Part shown: positions 36,951-51,574 of the stretch, one piece after another
Layout of the letters: each line of letters begins with the position of its first letter
How positions within the stretch are numbered: position 1 is the stretch's first letter
Assembly: GCF_964194155.1 (NCBI RefSeq)
Contig: NC_135901.1
Span: 26,970,001 to 27,034,000, forward strand
Source of the DNA: Cetorhinus maximus
Taxonomy: Eukaryota
Direction of reading: 5' to 3'
DNA length: 64,000 nucleotides
Translations under genes and position numbers: made by a program
Notes under the pieces: generated by a model
Databases searched by the model: none
Seen by the model: the letters and a program-made list of their open reading frames with translations, nothing else
Told to the model about the DNA's origin: nothing

Positions 36951-37843
36951 GTTATGTGATGCCTTGTCCATATACTATTTAAGGCTTTATAAACTTCATT
37001 TATTCTTGGTTGTTGGCTTATAATATAGTGTCATACCGACAGTTATATGTTTCCAGTCAGAGTCATTATCACAGAGAAAGAGTATATTCAGCAACTCGAG
37101 TCCATGCTGAATCACATCCCAGTTTATTTCCTTCAAGGGCCCCATCCAGTTTCATTTTGGAATCATTCATTGTCTCTGCTTCCACCACCCTCATAGGCAG
37201 CGAGTTCCAGGCCATAAGCACTTGCTGCAGAATTAAAGTTTCACCTCATCCTCTCTCTTTTGCTAATCAGTAAGTATACATATATATTTCTGTACATAGA
37301 TATTTAGATTAGCTGTGTCCAGGACAGGAAAAAGTGACCATGGATCTGTCAATCAGCATGAATCGGCACCTTCAGGAGAATTGGGAGGGTGTGTATTAGG
37401 TACAGCAGAATGAGAATGGAGGGCAAGTGTATGGGATGGAGATTTATATTTGACAGTGATGATTTTTGTAAATTCCTTCCACAGGATATTAGAAGCGGAA
37501 GATTTGCAGACAGAAATCTCAAATCAAGCTACACTTCAAGATCTGACAGAGTCATTTGATTAATTGGGTCTTGAATATCATTGGCCCTTTGAACCGAGCA
37601 GGAGAAATGTTTGTCTGTTCTGTCTGCTTCAAAAGGTTTTAAGCCTCAGTGTGACTGGAAAAGTACCGAGAGAGACGCACCCAAGTGAGTGTTCCAGTGC
37701 ACTGACTGTGGAAAGAGCTTTAACCAGACAGGCTGAAAAATCATTGCCCCATTCACAGTGGGGATGGACCGCATGTGTGTTTTGTGTGTGGATGAAGCTG
37801 CCTTTGATCATCGAATCTGGAGAGGCATAAGTACACCCACACC

Positions 37844-38340
<497 letters not shown>

Positions 38341-39159
38341 TTTACGTTGTAATGATCCACAAAAGCTGATGAAGGACATTGTTTTATCCTGGATAGTAAA
38401 TAGTGTTTTTCCTACCACTACAGGTAGATCTAAAATAAATACATTTGTCTCTGTTTCATTGAGTCTACAGCACAGGGCCAGGCCAGGCAGCTCAATTGGT
38501 CTATGTCAGTATTTGTGCTCCGCATGAGCCTTCACCCACCCCTCTTCATCTCCCCCCATCAGCATATCCTTCTATTCCTTTCTCCCTCATGTATGTATCT
38601 AACTTCCCCTTAAATGTATTCATGCTATTCACCTCAACCACTCTCTGTGGTAGCGAGTTCCACATTCTCTCCGCTCGCTGGGTAAAGAGGTTTCTCATGA
38701 AATCCCTGTTGGATTATTGAACCCCTTCAGAATATTAAAGACTTCCATCAGGTCACCCTTCAGTCTCCTCTTTTCTAGAGAAAAGCAGCCCCAGCCTTTC
38801 CTGAGTGTTAAATGCTCTCAGTTCTGGTATTATTCTTGTGAATCTTTGTTGCCCCTTCTGCAGTGCCTCTATTTCCTTTTTCTAAATGGAGATCACAGAT
38901 GTTGACATTGCTCCCAGTGTAGTCTAACCATGGTTCGAAACAAGTTGAGCATAACCTCTCTGCTTTTCAATTCTATCCCTCTCAAATGGAACCCAATATC
39001 TGGGCCCCACACTTTAGGAAAGATGTGAAGTTCTTAGAGAGGATGCAGAGATTTACGAGAATGGCACCAGGAATGAGGGACTTCAGTTAGTTGGACGCAC
39101 TGGTGCAACTGAAATTTTTCACTTTCGATCATGGAGTCATTAGGACATACAAGTAGACC

Positions 39160-39475
39160 ATTCAGCCCATCAAATCCATATTTCACACAAGTACCCATCC
39201 AATTGCCTTTTTAAATTGTTCAACGTCTCTGCTTCCACCCAGCTCATTGGCAGCCAGTTCCAGGTCATTACCACTCGCTGTGTGAAAATATTCCTCCTCA
39301 CATCCCCCCTGCATCTCCTGCCCAAAACCTGAAATCTGTGTCCCTCTCATCTCTGTACCATCAGCGAATGGGAATAGCTTTTCTTTGTCCACCTTATCTA
39401 AACCTGTCATAATCTTGTACACCTCTATCAAATCTCCCCTCAACCTCTTTTGCTCCAAGGAGAACAATCCCAGTC
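39160..39475 (-). mobile_element. CR1 3' fragment
   Basis: LGLFSLEQKRLRGDLIEVYKIM in ORF 39183-39638. Confidence 0.75.
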
Positions 39476-39479
39476 TGAT

Positions 39480-42400
39480 GTCTACAATAAAGAGCAAACA
39501 AAATGTGTTAATGTCTGAAATCAATTGGGAATGTTTGATTTCTGTTTTAAAGATATGATGAATATATTGTATTGGACAGGAAAGGAATTGGAGTAACTCA
39601 CCCGGGTGATCAGTGGAATGTATCAATCTGTTATCCACCTACATTCTAGTGAAAGTCAGGGAGGTGTAGATGAGATGAATAAGTTGATAGATTTCTCCGG
39701 GAGATATTTACATCCTTACATATGAATTTTGTTTTAAAGAAAACCACATTTGACAGTCTGGCCACCACCTGAAATATCAGGACCATAACAGGGGGAGATA
39801 AGCAAAGACAGACACTTACTTTGATCTTTTGATAAGTGCACCTGAAAGGTCAGAATATGTGGCCTGACATTGGGATATTGGTTTGAGTGTGCAGATGTGA
39901 TTTGTTACATGTGAAGACAATAGCACGTGTAAATTCATGGTGAAGTGGACTGAAGACTGGATCCCAAACATGTGCAGCTACTTAACAAAAAATATGACAT
40001 GAAATGGTTAATGTGACCAGGAGAATGAGACAATATTTTGACATTATCAAGGTATTGACACATACTCCAGAGAGAAACTGACTTTAAAATAATCAGTATA
40101 GAATTAAACACACTGGTCATGGTCACAAAATGAGTAAAATTGAAGTAACAGAGATAAACATTTGGACTGGGTCAATTAAGGGCTTAGGAGAAATAATCCT
40201 GAGTGAGAACTGTCCACAAGTTGGACAGGGGTAAGGAGAGAGCTGGAGTATCTTTTACATCCATGCTTGATCTGTTGCTTGAAGCACATGTCCTTATGTA
40301 CTAGTAACCTAGAACTCATGGCGCTCCTTCAGGAGAAGAAAAGATCAAGTAGATGTTGCCCCAGGTGGGGCCAGAACAGAACTGGAAAATAATGGAGTGA
40401 AATTGAGTGAGGGGTCAGAGAGAGAGTTCTCCTTCCTCTCAAGGTGAGGACTGTAAGAATCCTGGGGGACCCCCTACTTCAGGTTTTCTTGCTAATTAGT
40501 GAACATTTAATTAAAAACTATGACTGGCTGTGCATTTATTTTTAATTTGATTGTTACACTTCTCCTGTTTTTATTCCTGTTGTGATTACTCTCTGGGTGA
40601 GGATGGTTGACCGGTGACAGGATGGGAAATTGTGGTTTGGGTCTTCATTAACCAAATGTTTTATTGATCCGAAAGGTGTAAAAGGGGCCAAACTTCAGCA
40701 GAAATCTGGCAGAGCTGAGAACAGACGACTTGCTATGTGGGAACAGGGAGATGAACAGCTCCCAGAGGACAGAGAAAACAAGAGTGCCTTGAATCCTAGA
40801 CGACACCTGGGTGTCAAGGCCACCATGTTTTCACTGCTTGGCATGGGAATGCTGACTCCCTGTACCGGGGACGGAGCGTGGGAAGCCAATTGTTTGAGAG
40901 TTTGACGTGGCTTGGGCAGGTACAGATGGTTCAATGACAGGTTTTGTAATTGGTCTGTTCAAATGTTAGCTCGGCAATGATTGGGTTAAATCAGTCTCCA
41001 TGGACCTTGTGATGTAAAAAAGTATCACAAGGGATTCCCCGAGCACAGAGATTTGTAGAGGTTTTACATATTGCATTGACTGGTGCCATGGCATCTGGGG
41101 CAGACCAGGGAGCATTTACGTGGAGCTGGTGCTTCTACCCAGAGTGTAATGATAATGCTGCTGCACTTTGATACTACTGCTCAGACATGAGCATGTGTCA
41201 GGTCTTATTTATACTGAATAAAATCTGTCACCAATAAGGGTTATCACTGTGAATCATTTCAGAGTTTGGGAAAGGGGATAAACGGTGAATACATACAAAT
41301 TAGGAGCCATTCAGCCCCTCAAGCCTGCCCCTCCATTCAATAAGATCATGTCTGACCTGATTGTGGCCTCAATCCACTTTCCTTCCTACACCCTACACCC
41401 TTTCACTCCCTCGTCAATCAAGAATCTATCAAACTCAGCCTTAAAACTATTCAGTGACCCGGCCTCCACCACTCTCTGGTGAAGGGAGTTCCACCCCCTT
41501 AGAGAAAAAAATTCTCATCTCTGTCCTAAATGCGAGATCCCCTTGTTTTTAAACTGTATCCCCTATGTCTAGTCTGTCCCACAAGGGGAAACATCCTTTC
41601 AGCGTCCACCCTGTCAAGTCCCCTCAGGTTCTTATATGTTGCAATGAGATCACCTCTTATTCTTCTGAACTCCAGTGGGGTAGACCATTAAGGACAGAGA
41701 TGAGAAGAAACTTCTTCACTCAGAGGGTGGGAGAACCTATGGAATTCTCTACCACAGAGGCTGTGGAGGTCAAGTCACTGACTATATTAAAGAAGGAAAT
41801 ACATAGATTGCTGGACTTTAAGGGTGTTAAGGGGTATGGGGAAAGCACGGGAGTACAGCGTTGGGATCAAGGAACAGGCATGATCATATTGAACTGTGGA
41901 GCAGGCTCGCAGGGCCGAATGACCTTCTCCTGCTCCTATGTTCTACGAAGAAAGGCCTAACCTGTCCAACCTTTCCTCAGAGGATAAGCCCCTCATTCCA
42001 GAAATCAGGCGAGTGAACCTTCTCTGAACTGCTGCGAATGCAATTATGTCATTTCTTGAATAAGGAGACCAAAATTGTACACAGTATTCCAGATGTGGTC
42101 TCGCCAAGGCCCTGTACAGCTGCAGGAAAACATCCCTACTTTCATTTTCCATTCCCCTTGCAATAAACACAAACATGTCATTTGCCTTCCAATCACTTGT
42201 TGTACCTGCAGATTAACTTTTTGTGGCTCATGTACCAGGACACCCAGATCCCTCTGTACCTCAAGAGTTCTGCAATCTCTCTCCATTTTAATAATATGCT
42301 GTTTTTTTTAATTCTTCCTGCCAAAGTGGACAAGTTCACATTTTCCCACATTATACCCAATCAACCAAATTTCTGCTCAGTCACTTAACATATCGATATC

Positions 42401-43381
42401 ACTTTGCAAACTCCTGAAGTCCTCTTCACAGTTTATTTTCCTACATATTTGTGTAATCAGCAAATTTAACCACCATACATTCAGTCCCATCATCCAAGTC
42501 ATTGATATAGATTATTAAAGGTTGAGGGCCCAGAACTGATCTCCTGTGGCACTCCACTTGTCACATCTTACCAACCCGAAAATGACCTATTTATGCCTAC
42601 TCTCTGTTTCCTGTTAGCTAACCAATCCTCTATCTGTGCTAATATGTTACCCCCTCCACCACCAGTTCTTATTTTGTGTAGTAACCTTTGCTGTGACACC
42701 TTGTGAAATGACCTCTGGAAATCTAAGTAAACCACATCTACAGGTTTCCTTTTATCCACATTCTTTGTTACTTCCTCAAAGAACTTAGATAAATTAGTGA
42801 ATCACGATGGACTCTGAACTCATTTTCTAACATTGTGTGTTAACAGAAAAAAACCTCATCTCCCCCTCTGGCTCCTTTGTCAATTACCTTAGAGGGACTC
42901 ACTTTCTGTTAAAGAGCCTACCAACCCCTCTCACCCCTCTTCCCTAAAATGCATAAATTTTATGAGGAAAAGTCTGGAAAAATCAAATATTTTTACTGAT
43001 AAAGTTTATTCATGAAATGGAACATGGGGAACAAAACAAACAGAAAATTACTCGAGGATCAAAAAGAACCAAAGTCAAAGGATGTGCACAATAGTCGGGA
43101 CTCAAATGGTTTGTTTTCGGCTCCTCTATACCTTGTTCCTGTGACTGCCTGCTTTGGACACAGGGGCACTGAATCCTGGGGGTCAAGTCACCATCAACCC
43201 ATGTAATTGCTTCCCACGCCCGATTGGTTGGAGGCCCATTTCCCAGTCAGTCCTCCAGCACCTTCCCGTCTCTCTATCAGTGCGACGCCCATGGCAGTTA
43301 CCCAACTGGGGTGCAGGCCCGTTATTCTCAGCTAAATTCAGCCCTCAGCTCCATTGCCTGGCTGTCACTGTCACGAGCAAT
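39480..43381. repeat. Spacer module X, copy 2, split by nested CR1 fragments
   Basis: 39480-41283 and 42810-43381 are collinear with copy 1. Confidence 0.85.
41290..42805 (-). mobile_element. Nested or rearranged CR1 fragments: minus ~41290-41675, plus ~41676-41945, minus ~41950-42805
   Basis: LYRALARPHLEYCVQFWSP and VDVVYLDFQ on the minus strand. RTEMRRNFFTQRV on the plus strand. Confidence 0.8.
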
Positions 43382-44139
43382 TTCCAAAAAGAAATTCAAA
43401 TTCAGTGAACTAATTAAAGGATCACATGACAAGACTTCAAGTTTTATGACTTTTACTGCAGCAAACATACTAGAAGCAACAACGAATAAACACAATATTT
43501 GTCGGCAACATACACTTTAAACAAGCAAACATAACTTTGCTATTTTACTTTTAACACAATTAAAAATCCCACTCCACGGTTATACTTTACTCTGTTGCTT
43601 AAGTAGACACTTAGTTCTCCTTGAACCTGTCCAAAGTGATTATTTGCTCCCGAGTGTTTACTTCCATTCTTTTCCTTTCCCAGTCTGGCAACCTTTAACC
43701 CCAGAACTGTCTTTCACAGTGAAGGTTCTCCTGGGTTCTCCCTCTAACTCAAGCAAGGCGAATCTTCCAGTCTTGTTTTAAATCCTCATTAATTTGGTTT
43801 TTCAATCTGAGCACAAGGTCCCATCCACATTCCCATGTGGTGAAACAGAGACATGCCATCTCTATCAGCTCTCTCTTTCTTGGACCCTGGCAGACTGATC
43901 TGTCTGTGAAATTCAGGTATGCCTTTTAGGAGAACTTTCCAATCTGATCCTACAATGGCTTCCTGTGGATCCTTCCCCTATCAGACCCCATCTCTATGGC
44001 AATGTGAATCACATGGGCCTTGGATCCAGATAGACATGCCAATTTGTTATCTTTCAGACTCCCAACTCCATTCTATCTTGAAATTAAATACACAATTAAA
44101 TATAGCCATTAACAAAATCTTACATTTTCAATACCTTCC

Positions 44140-46660
44140 TGGGACTTTGGAGTCGAACAGAATATTGCAGGGTGCATGACATTTAGGGAGGACAGGAAGC
44201 TTGGAAAAGGTGGAGGGGTGGCACTGTTAATTAATGATGGCATTAACACAATAGAGAGTGATGGCCAATTTCAGGGAACCAGAATGTAGAAGCAGTTTTG
44301 GTAGAGATGAGCAATGATAAAGGGAAGAAGTCACATGTGGGAGTGGTGTACGGGACACCTAACAGTAACCACCTGGTAGGATGGAGTAGAAAGGAAGAAA
44401 TAATGGGAACATGTCAGAAAGGTACGATGATAAATATGGGGGATATTAATCTACATATAGACTGGAAAAATCAGATGGGCAAAAGTAGCCTAGATGGGAA
44501 GTTCATAGAATGTTTTCAGGATAGTTTCTTAGAACAGCACGTTCTGGATCCAATCAAAGGGCAGGCTATACTAGACCCGGTATTGTGCAATTAGATAAGA
44601 TTAATTAATGACCTCATAGTGATGGCGCCCCGAGGTTGCAGCAATCACAATATGATTGAATTTTACATTCAGTTTGAGGGAGAGAAGTGTGGGTCAAAGA
44701 CTAATATTTTAAACTTAAAGAAGGACAATTATGAGGGCATGAAAACAGAGCTAGCTAAAGTGACCTGACAAATTAGGTTCTGGGATAGGTCAGTAGAGAT
44801 GCAGTGACAAACATTAATGGAGATATTTCAGAATATACAGAATAGATGCATTCCAATAAGAAAGAAAAATTCCAAGGGGACGATGCACAATCTGTGGTTA
44901 ACTATAAAAGTTAAACATCGTATCAAACTTACAGAAAAAGCATATAATTGCACAACGATGGCTGGCAGATCAGAAGATTAGACAGAGTATAAAAAAAAGC
45001 AAAGACAGACTAAAAGATTAATAAGGAGGGAAAAAGTAGAGTATGAGAGAAAGCTAGCTGGAAGTAGAAAAACAGAGTTTCTCTAGATGTTTAAAGCAGA
45101 AAAGAGTTAACAAAGTGAGCATTGGTGTTATAGAAAGTGAGTCTGGGGGATTAATAATGGAAAATAAGGAGATGGCAGATGAATTGAACTGGTATTTTGC
45201 ATCAGTCTTCACTATAGGGGATACAAATAACATCCCAGAAATAGCTGTAAATCAGGAAATGGAAAGGAGGGAGGAACTCAAGAAAATTACAGTCACCGTA
45301 GAAGTGGTACTGAGCAAATTTGTTGGAGCTGCAGGCTGACAAGAAGCCAGTTCCTGATGGACTTCATCCTAGGGTCCTAAACGAAGTGGCTAGTGAGATA
45401 GTTGATGCGCAGGTTGAAATTTTCCAAAATTTCCTAGATTCAGGAAGGTTCTGTTAGATTGGAAAATAGTGAGTGTAAGTCCTTCATTCAAAAAGGGAGA
45501 CAGAAAGCAGGCCAGTAAGCTTAACATCTGCCAGAGGGAAAATGTGAGAAGCTATTATTAAAGACATTATAACAGGGCACGTAGATAAATTCAGGGTAAT
45601 CAGGCAGAGTCTACATGGTTTTGTGAGAGGGAAATCATGTTTAACGAACCTATTGGAGTGCTTTGAAGAAGTAACATGCGCTGTGGATAAAGGGGAACCG
45701 GTGGAACACTAACTTAGATTTCCAGAATGCATTTGATGAGGTGCCACATCAAAGGTTATTGTGGAAAATAAAAGCTCATTGTGTAGGGGGTAACATATTG
45801 GCATGGATAGAAGATTGGCTAGCTTACAGGGTATAGAGTAGGCATAAATGGGTCATTTTTTGGTTGGCAAGATGGTAACGAGTGGTGTGCCACAGTGATC
45901 AGTGCTCGGGCCTCAACTTTTTCCAATTTATATAAATGACTTGGATGAAGGGACCGAAAGTATGGTTGCTAAGTTTGCTGATGACACAAAGATAGGTAGG
46001 AAAGTAAGTGAAGAGGACATAAGGAGACTACAAAAGGATATAGGCATGCTAAGTGAGTGGGCAAACATCTGGCAAATGGAGTGTAGTGTCGGAAAATGTG
46101 AAATTGTCAATTTTGGCAGGGAGAATAAAAAAGCATATTATTGAAATGGTGAGAGATTGCACAGCTCTGAGATGCAGAGGTATCTGGGTGTCCTTGTGCA
46201 TGCATCGCAAAAGCTAATTATTCAGGCAAATCAAGTAATTAGGAAAGCTAACAGAATGTTATTGTTAGAAGTAGGGAGGTTATGCTTCAGTTATACAGGG
46301 CATTAGTGAGACCACATCTGGAGTACAGTGTACAGTATTGGTCTCCTTATTTAAGGAGGGATGTAAATGTGTTGGAAGCAATTCAGAGAAGGTTTACTAG
46401 ACTAATACCAGGAATGGGAGGGTCGTCTTATAAGGAAAGGTTGGACAGGCTGGGCTTGTATCCACTGGAGTTTAGATGAGTAAGAGGCGACTTGATTGAA
46501 ACATACAAGATGCTGAGGGGCCTTGGCAGGGTGGATGTGGAGAGGATGTTTCCTCTTGAGAGAGAATCTGGAAATTGGGGTCACGGTTTAAAAGTAATGG
46601 GTCACCCCTTGAAGACAGAGGAGAACTTTTTTCTCTCAGAAGGTAGTGAGTCTTTGGAAC
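44140..46660 (+). mobile_element. Old CR1 LINE ORF2 (endonuclease end plus RT), heavily mutated
   Basis: GGGVALL, VGVVY..P, MGD.N...IDW, LGPQLF.IYINDLD...FADDTK and LVRPHLEY motifs, with many stops. Confidence 0.85.
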
Positions 46661-47298
46661 TCAGCTTCTTGGTCCTCCTTTGCTGAATTCAAAAAAAGCT
46701 CAATTCAAAACATGCTCCAATCCTCAGGCTTACTAATTTTTTTGGCCACTTTATGAGCCTCTTCCTTTGATCTAATGCAATCTTCAACTTCTCTTCTTGG
46801 CCATAGTTGCATCACTTTTCCTGTTGGGTTTTTGTTCCTGAAAGGAATCTATATTTGTTGTAAATATGTTACAATTCCTTCAATGTTAGCTATTGCCTGT
46901 CATCGATTTTCATGTAGTTTCCCAGTCTACCACAGTCAGCTTGACCCTCAAACTGTGATAGTTTTCTTCTGTGAGAAACACCCAGATAAAGGATACAAAA
47001 GAACCATCTAACCAGCACAGCCCATCTCCATGGCAACCTGGCATGCTTTGGGTGGTTCCAAAAAGAAATGCAAACTAAATATCTTTTAACTTCCAAATAC
47101 CCTTTCATTCTGTGATCCTTCTGAAATATGAAACTCGGTATTCTGAACATCAGCACATTGGGGGCAAAGTCGTGAGACCGGCCAGTCCAGCAGAAAGAAA
47201 CCCTCCAACCCTCCCACTTCACCAAGTGTTAGAATGAACATGGTTCAGTCCTGGATGTGATTAACAGCAGCAATAACAGCAGAATCCAACCCCTGGAA

Positions 47299-48477
47299 TC
47301 ACTTATGAACTCGCTGGTGTCTCAGCAGGTCGGATAACTGAGTGAATCCTTTCCCACACTCAGAGCAGGTGAACGGCCTCTCCCCGGTGTGAACGCGTTG
47401 ATGTCTCTGCAGGCTGGATTTCTCAGTGAAGCCCTTCCCACACTCAGAGCAGGTGAATGGCCTTTCCCCGGAGTGAACTCGCTGGTGTCTCAGCATGTTG
47501 GATAGCTGAGTAAATCCCTTCCCACACTGAGAGCAGGTGAACGGCCTCTCCCCGGTGTGAACTCGCTCGTGTTCCTGTAGCGTGAATAACTGAGTGAATC
47601 CCTTCCCACACTCTGAGCAGGTGAACGGCCTCTCGCCAGTGTGAACTCGCTGGTGTATCAGCAGGGTGGATGATGCAGTGAATCCCTTCCCACACTCAGA
47701 GCAGGTGAATGGCCTCTCCCCAGTGTGAACCTGCTGGTGCACCTGCAATTTAGATAACCGAGTGAATCCCTTCCCACACTCAGAACAACTGAACGGCCTC
47801 TCCCTATTGTGAATTTGCTGGTGTGTCCGCAGGTGGGATACCTGAGTGAATCCTTTCCCACACTCAGGGCAGGTGAATGGCCTCTCCCCAGTGTGAACTC
47901 GCTGGTGTATCTGCAGGTGGCCTAACTGAGTAAATCCCTTCCCACACTCAGAGCAGGTGAACAGCCTCTCCCCAGTGTGAATTCGCTGGTGTATCAGCAG
48001 GTGGGATAACTGAATAAATTGCTTTCCACATTGGGGGCAGGTGAATGGCCTCTCCCCGGTGTGAACCCGTTCATGTGACTGCAGTCTGCACAACCGACTG
48101 AATCCCTTCCCACACTCTGAGCAGGAGAACGGCCTCTCCCCAGTGTGAACACGCTGGTGTGTCAGCAGGGCAGATGAATTCCTGAATCCCTTCCCACACT
48201 GTGAGCAGGTGAACGGTCTCTCTCCGGTGTGAAATTGCTGGTGCCTGTACAGGTTGGATGAATCAGTGAATCCCTTCCCACACTGAGAACAGGTGAATGG
48301 CCTCTCCCCAGTGTGAACTCGCTGGTGTACCTGCAGGTGGTATAACCGAGCGAATCCCTTCCCACACTCAGAGCAGGTGAATGGCCTCTCCCCGGTGTGA
48401 CTGCGTCGATGAGTTTCCAGCTCTGATGGGGATTTGAATCCCTTCCCACAGTCCCCACATTTCCACGGTTTCTCCAT
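47299..48477 (-). CDS. C2H2 zinc-finger protein, 14 fingers (G7)
   Basis: 392 aa from the accATGg start, all fingers intact. The family 3' UTR is at ~47150-47298. Confidence 0.92.
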   Translation of the reverse strand: MEKPWKCGDCGKGFKSPSELETHRRSHTGERPFTCSECGKGFARLYHLQVHQRVHTGERPFTCSQCGKGFTDSSNLYRHQQFHTGERPFTCSQCGKGFRNSSALLTHQRVHTGERPFSCSECGKGFSRLCRLQSHERVHTGERPFTCPQCGKQFIQLSHLLIHQRIHTGERLFTCSECGKGFTQLGHLQIHQRVHTGERPFTCPECGKGFTQVSHLRTHQQIHNRERPFSCSECGKGFTRLSKLQVHQQVHTGERPFTCSECGKGFTASSTLLIHQRVHTGERPFTCSECGKGFTQLFTLQEHERVHTGERPFTCSQCGKGFTQLSNMLRHQRVHSGERPFTCSECGKGFTEKSSLQRHQRVHTGERPFTCSECGKGFTQLSDLLRHQRVHK

Positions 48478-49084
48478 GGTGCGCGTGTCCTTGTGTCTCT
48501 CCAGGTTCAACAATCAGTTGAAGCCTCGATCACACAGAGAACACGTGTACAGTCTCTCTCCGCCGTGAATGGTGATGTATTTTCAGGCTGTGTCACTGGT
48601 TTCTGCTCTTTCCACAGCCAGTGCACTAGAAACACTCGCACTCAGGTGTGTGTCTCAGGACTTTTCCAGTCACGCTGATGTTTAAAATCTTTTGAAGGAG
48701 ACAGAACAGACAAACATTTCTCCTTCTAGACTCAAAGGCTGATCATATTCTGGTCTAGATAAATCCAGTGACTCTTTGAGAATTTGACCTTTGGTTTGAG
48801 ATTTCTGTCTGTAAATCCTCCCCTTTTAATATCCTGTAAAAGGAATTCACAACAGTTGTCACTGTCAGTACAGGACAGAAATTCAGAACAGACAATTCTC
48901 GTTTCTATGGAACATTCTTTACTCCCTCGTTCCCCCAAAAGCTGTAAATCTCTGTCCCACACAGTCTCCCTCTGTTCTCACTCTGCTGTACCTAATATAC
49001 ACTCTCCCAATTCTCCTGAAGGTGCTGATTCATGCTGATCAACAGATCCACATTCACCGCTTCCTGTCTAGGACAAAGAGATCA

Positions 49085-51110
49085 TAAGAAATAGGAGCAC
49101 AAGTAGGCCATTCGGTCCATCGAGCCTGCTTGGCCATTCTATGAGATCATGGCTGATCTACCTCAGCACGATTTTCCTGCACTATCCCCAATATCCCTTC
49201 ATATCTAAAACCTATCAATTTCTGTCTTGAATATATTTAATGATTGAGCCTCCACAGTCCTCTGGGGTTGAGAATTCCAAAGCTTCATCACCCTCTGAGT
49301 GAAGAAATTCCTCCTCATCTTACCTTTAACTCCATTTTTCTGCCTGTCCCCCATAACCCCTCGACTCCCTTGTCAATCAAAAATCGGTCTAACTCATCCT
49401 TGAATATATTCAATGACCCAACCTCCACTAGTCCCTGCGGAAGAGAATTCCAACATGCTGAGACACCAGCGAGTTCACTCCGGTGAGAGGCCATTCCCTC
49501 TGAGTGTGGGAACGACCGTCTGAGGGAAAAAATTCCTCCTCATCTCCGACTTCAATGGGAGACACCTTATTTTTAAACTGTGTCACTATTTCTAAACTCC
49601 CCCATGAGCGGAAACATCCTCCCAGCATCTATCCTATCAAGCTGCCTCAGAATCCGATATGTTTCAATAAGATCACCTCTCATTCTTCTCAACTCCAATT
49701 TGTCTAGGCCCAACCTGCTCAATGTTTCCTCATAAGGCAACCCCTTCATCCCAGGAATCAGCTGAGTGAACCTTCTCTGAACTGCTTCCAATGCAAGTAT
49801 ATCCCTCCTTAAAGAAGGAGCCCAGAACTGTACACAGTACTCTAGGTGCGGCCTCGCCAATACCCTATACAGCTGCAGTAAGACTTCCTGACTTTTATAC
49901 TCCATCCCCCTTGCAATAAAGGCCGACATTCCAATTGCCTTCTTCATTACTTGATGTACCTGCAGACTGAAATCTTGTGATTCATGTACAAGGACACCCA
50001 GATTCCTCTGTACTGCAGCATTGTGCAGCCTCTCTCCATTTAAATAATATTCCACTTTTCTATTCTTCCTGCCAAAGTAGACAATCTCACATTTCACACA
50101 TTATACTCCATCTGCCAATTTTACACCCACTCACTTCACCTATTGCCATACCTTCGTGGACTCTTTGTATCCTCCTCACAATTTGCTTTCCCACCTATCA
50201 TTGTATCATCAGCAATTTTGGCTACAATACAGTCAGTTCCTTCATCCAAGTCATTAATATGGATTGTAAATAGTTGAAGCCCCAGTATTGATCCCTGCAG
50301 GACTTCACTGCTTACATATTGCTAACCTCAAAGTGACCCATTTACCCCGATTCTCTGTTTCCTGTTAGTTTGCCAATCCTCTATCCGTGCTAATATATCA
50401 CCCCCAACACCATGAGCTCTTATCTTGTGCAGTAACCTTTTATGTGGCCCCTTAGCGAATGCCTTTTGAAAATCCAAATATGTGACATCTACTGGTTCCC
50501 TAATGATAGACGTTAGACTGACTGGCCTATAGTTTCCTGCTTTCTGTCTCCCTCCTCCCTTGAATAGTTGTGTACAATTGTAGTTTTCCAATCTGCTGGG
50601 ACCGTTCCAGAATCTGGGGAATTTTCGAAGCTGACAAACAATGCATCTACTATCTCTGCAGACACTTCCCTTAAGACCTGAGGAAACAGGCCATCAGGTC
50701 CTGGAGACCTGTCAGCCGTTAGTCCCATTAGTTTTCCTGAGATTTTTGTTCTAGAGATCGTGATTGTTTTAAGTTTCTTCTTTCCTTTGGTCCCCTGCTT
50801 TTTTATTATTCTTGGGATTTTTTTAGTGTCTTCTACTGTGAAGACAGATACAAAATTCTTGTTCAAAGCCTCTGCCATTTCCATCTTTGCCATTATTAAT
50901 TTTCAAGTGTCACCCTCTAGGGGATCAAGGCTTGCTTTCACTACTCTTTCCCTTGTTATATACTTCTGGAAGCTTTTACTGTCTGTTTCATATTTCTTGC
51001 TAGTTTTCAGTCATACTTCAGTTTCTCTCTCTCTTTTTGTTCATGATGCTTTGCTGGTGTCTAAGATTTTTCCAAACCTCTGGCCCACCACTAACCTTTG
51101 CAGCATTAAA
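49085..51110 (-). mobile_element. CR1 LINE fragments in the G7 intron
   Basis: SPGPDG, NYRPVSLTS, YLDFQKAF and ARPHLEYCVQFWAP motifs, with at least two 3' ends (cataagaaataggagc at 49083). Confidence 0.85.
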
Positions 51111-51574
51111 AATCATCACCCAGGCTGCTAGTCTTAAATATCTGTCAGTGCCTATAATAATGGGCTAAGTGTAACATACAGCAGAGGATGATTTCAACAG
51201 GAATATGAGTGGGATATGAGGAAGAACTTTATTTCAGCAGCAGGTGGTCATGTCCTGGAACTCGCTACCTCTGAGGATGGTGGAAATGGAGACAATCAAT
51301 AATTTCAAAATGAAATTGGTTGATCATTTGATGGAAATAAACTGGCGGGGGAATGGGAGTATAGAGGGGGAATGGGACAGACAGGATTGCTCCAGGGAGT
51401 CGGCATGGACACAAGTTACCGAATGGGCTTCCTCTGTGCTGTAATGACTCTGTGACTCGAAATACATAACGTAGCTACGTATATATATATATAAAACAAG
51501 ACTAGAAATAATAATAAATAAACTTCATTAAAGAACCATAAATAAGATATCTAATATGTACCATATAACAACAC

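Noticed and set aside
43381-44135. Possible solo LTRs here and at ~20934-21430, and a possible MITE at ~9720-10050
   Set aside because: Termini, TSDs and second copies could not be established from this window.
47299-48477. 84-nt periodic repeats with variable middles, superficially CRISPR-like
   Set aside because: These are C2H2 finger codons (constant linker, variable helix) in a vertebrate context, with no cas genes.
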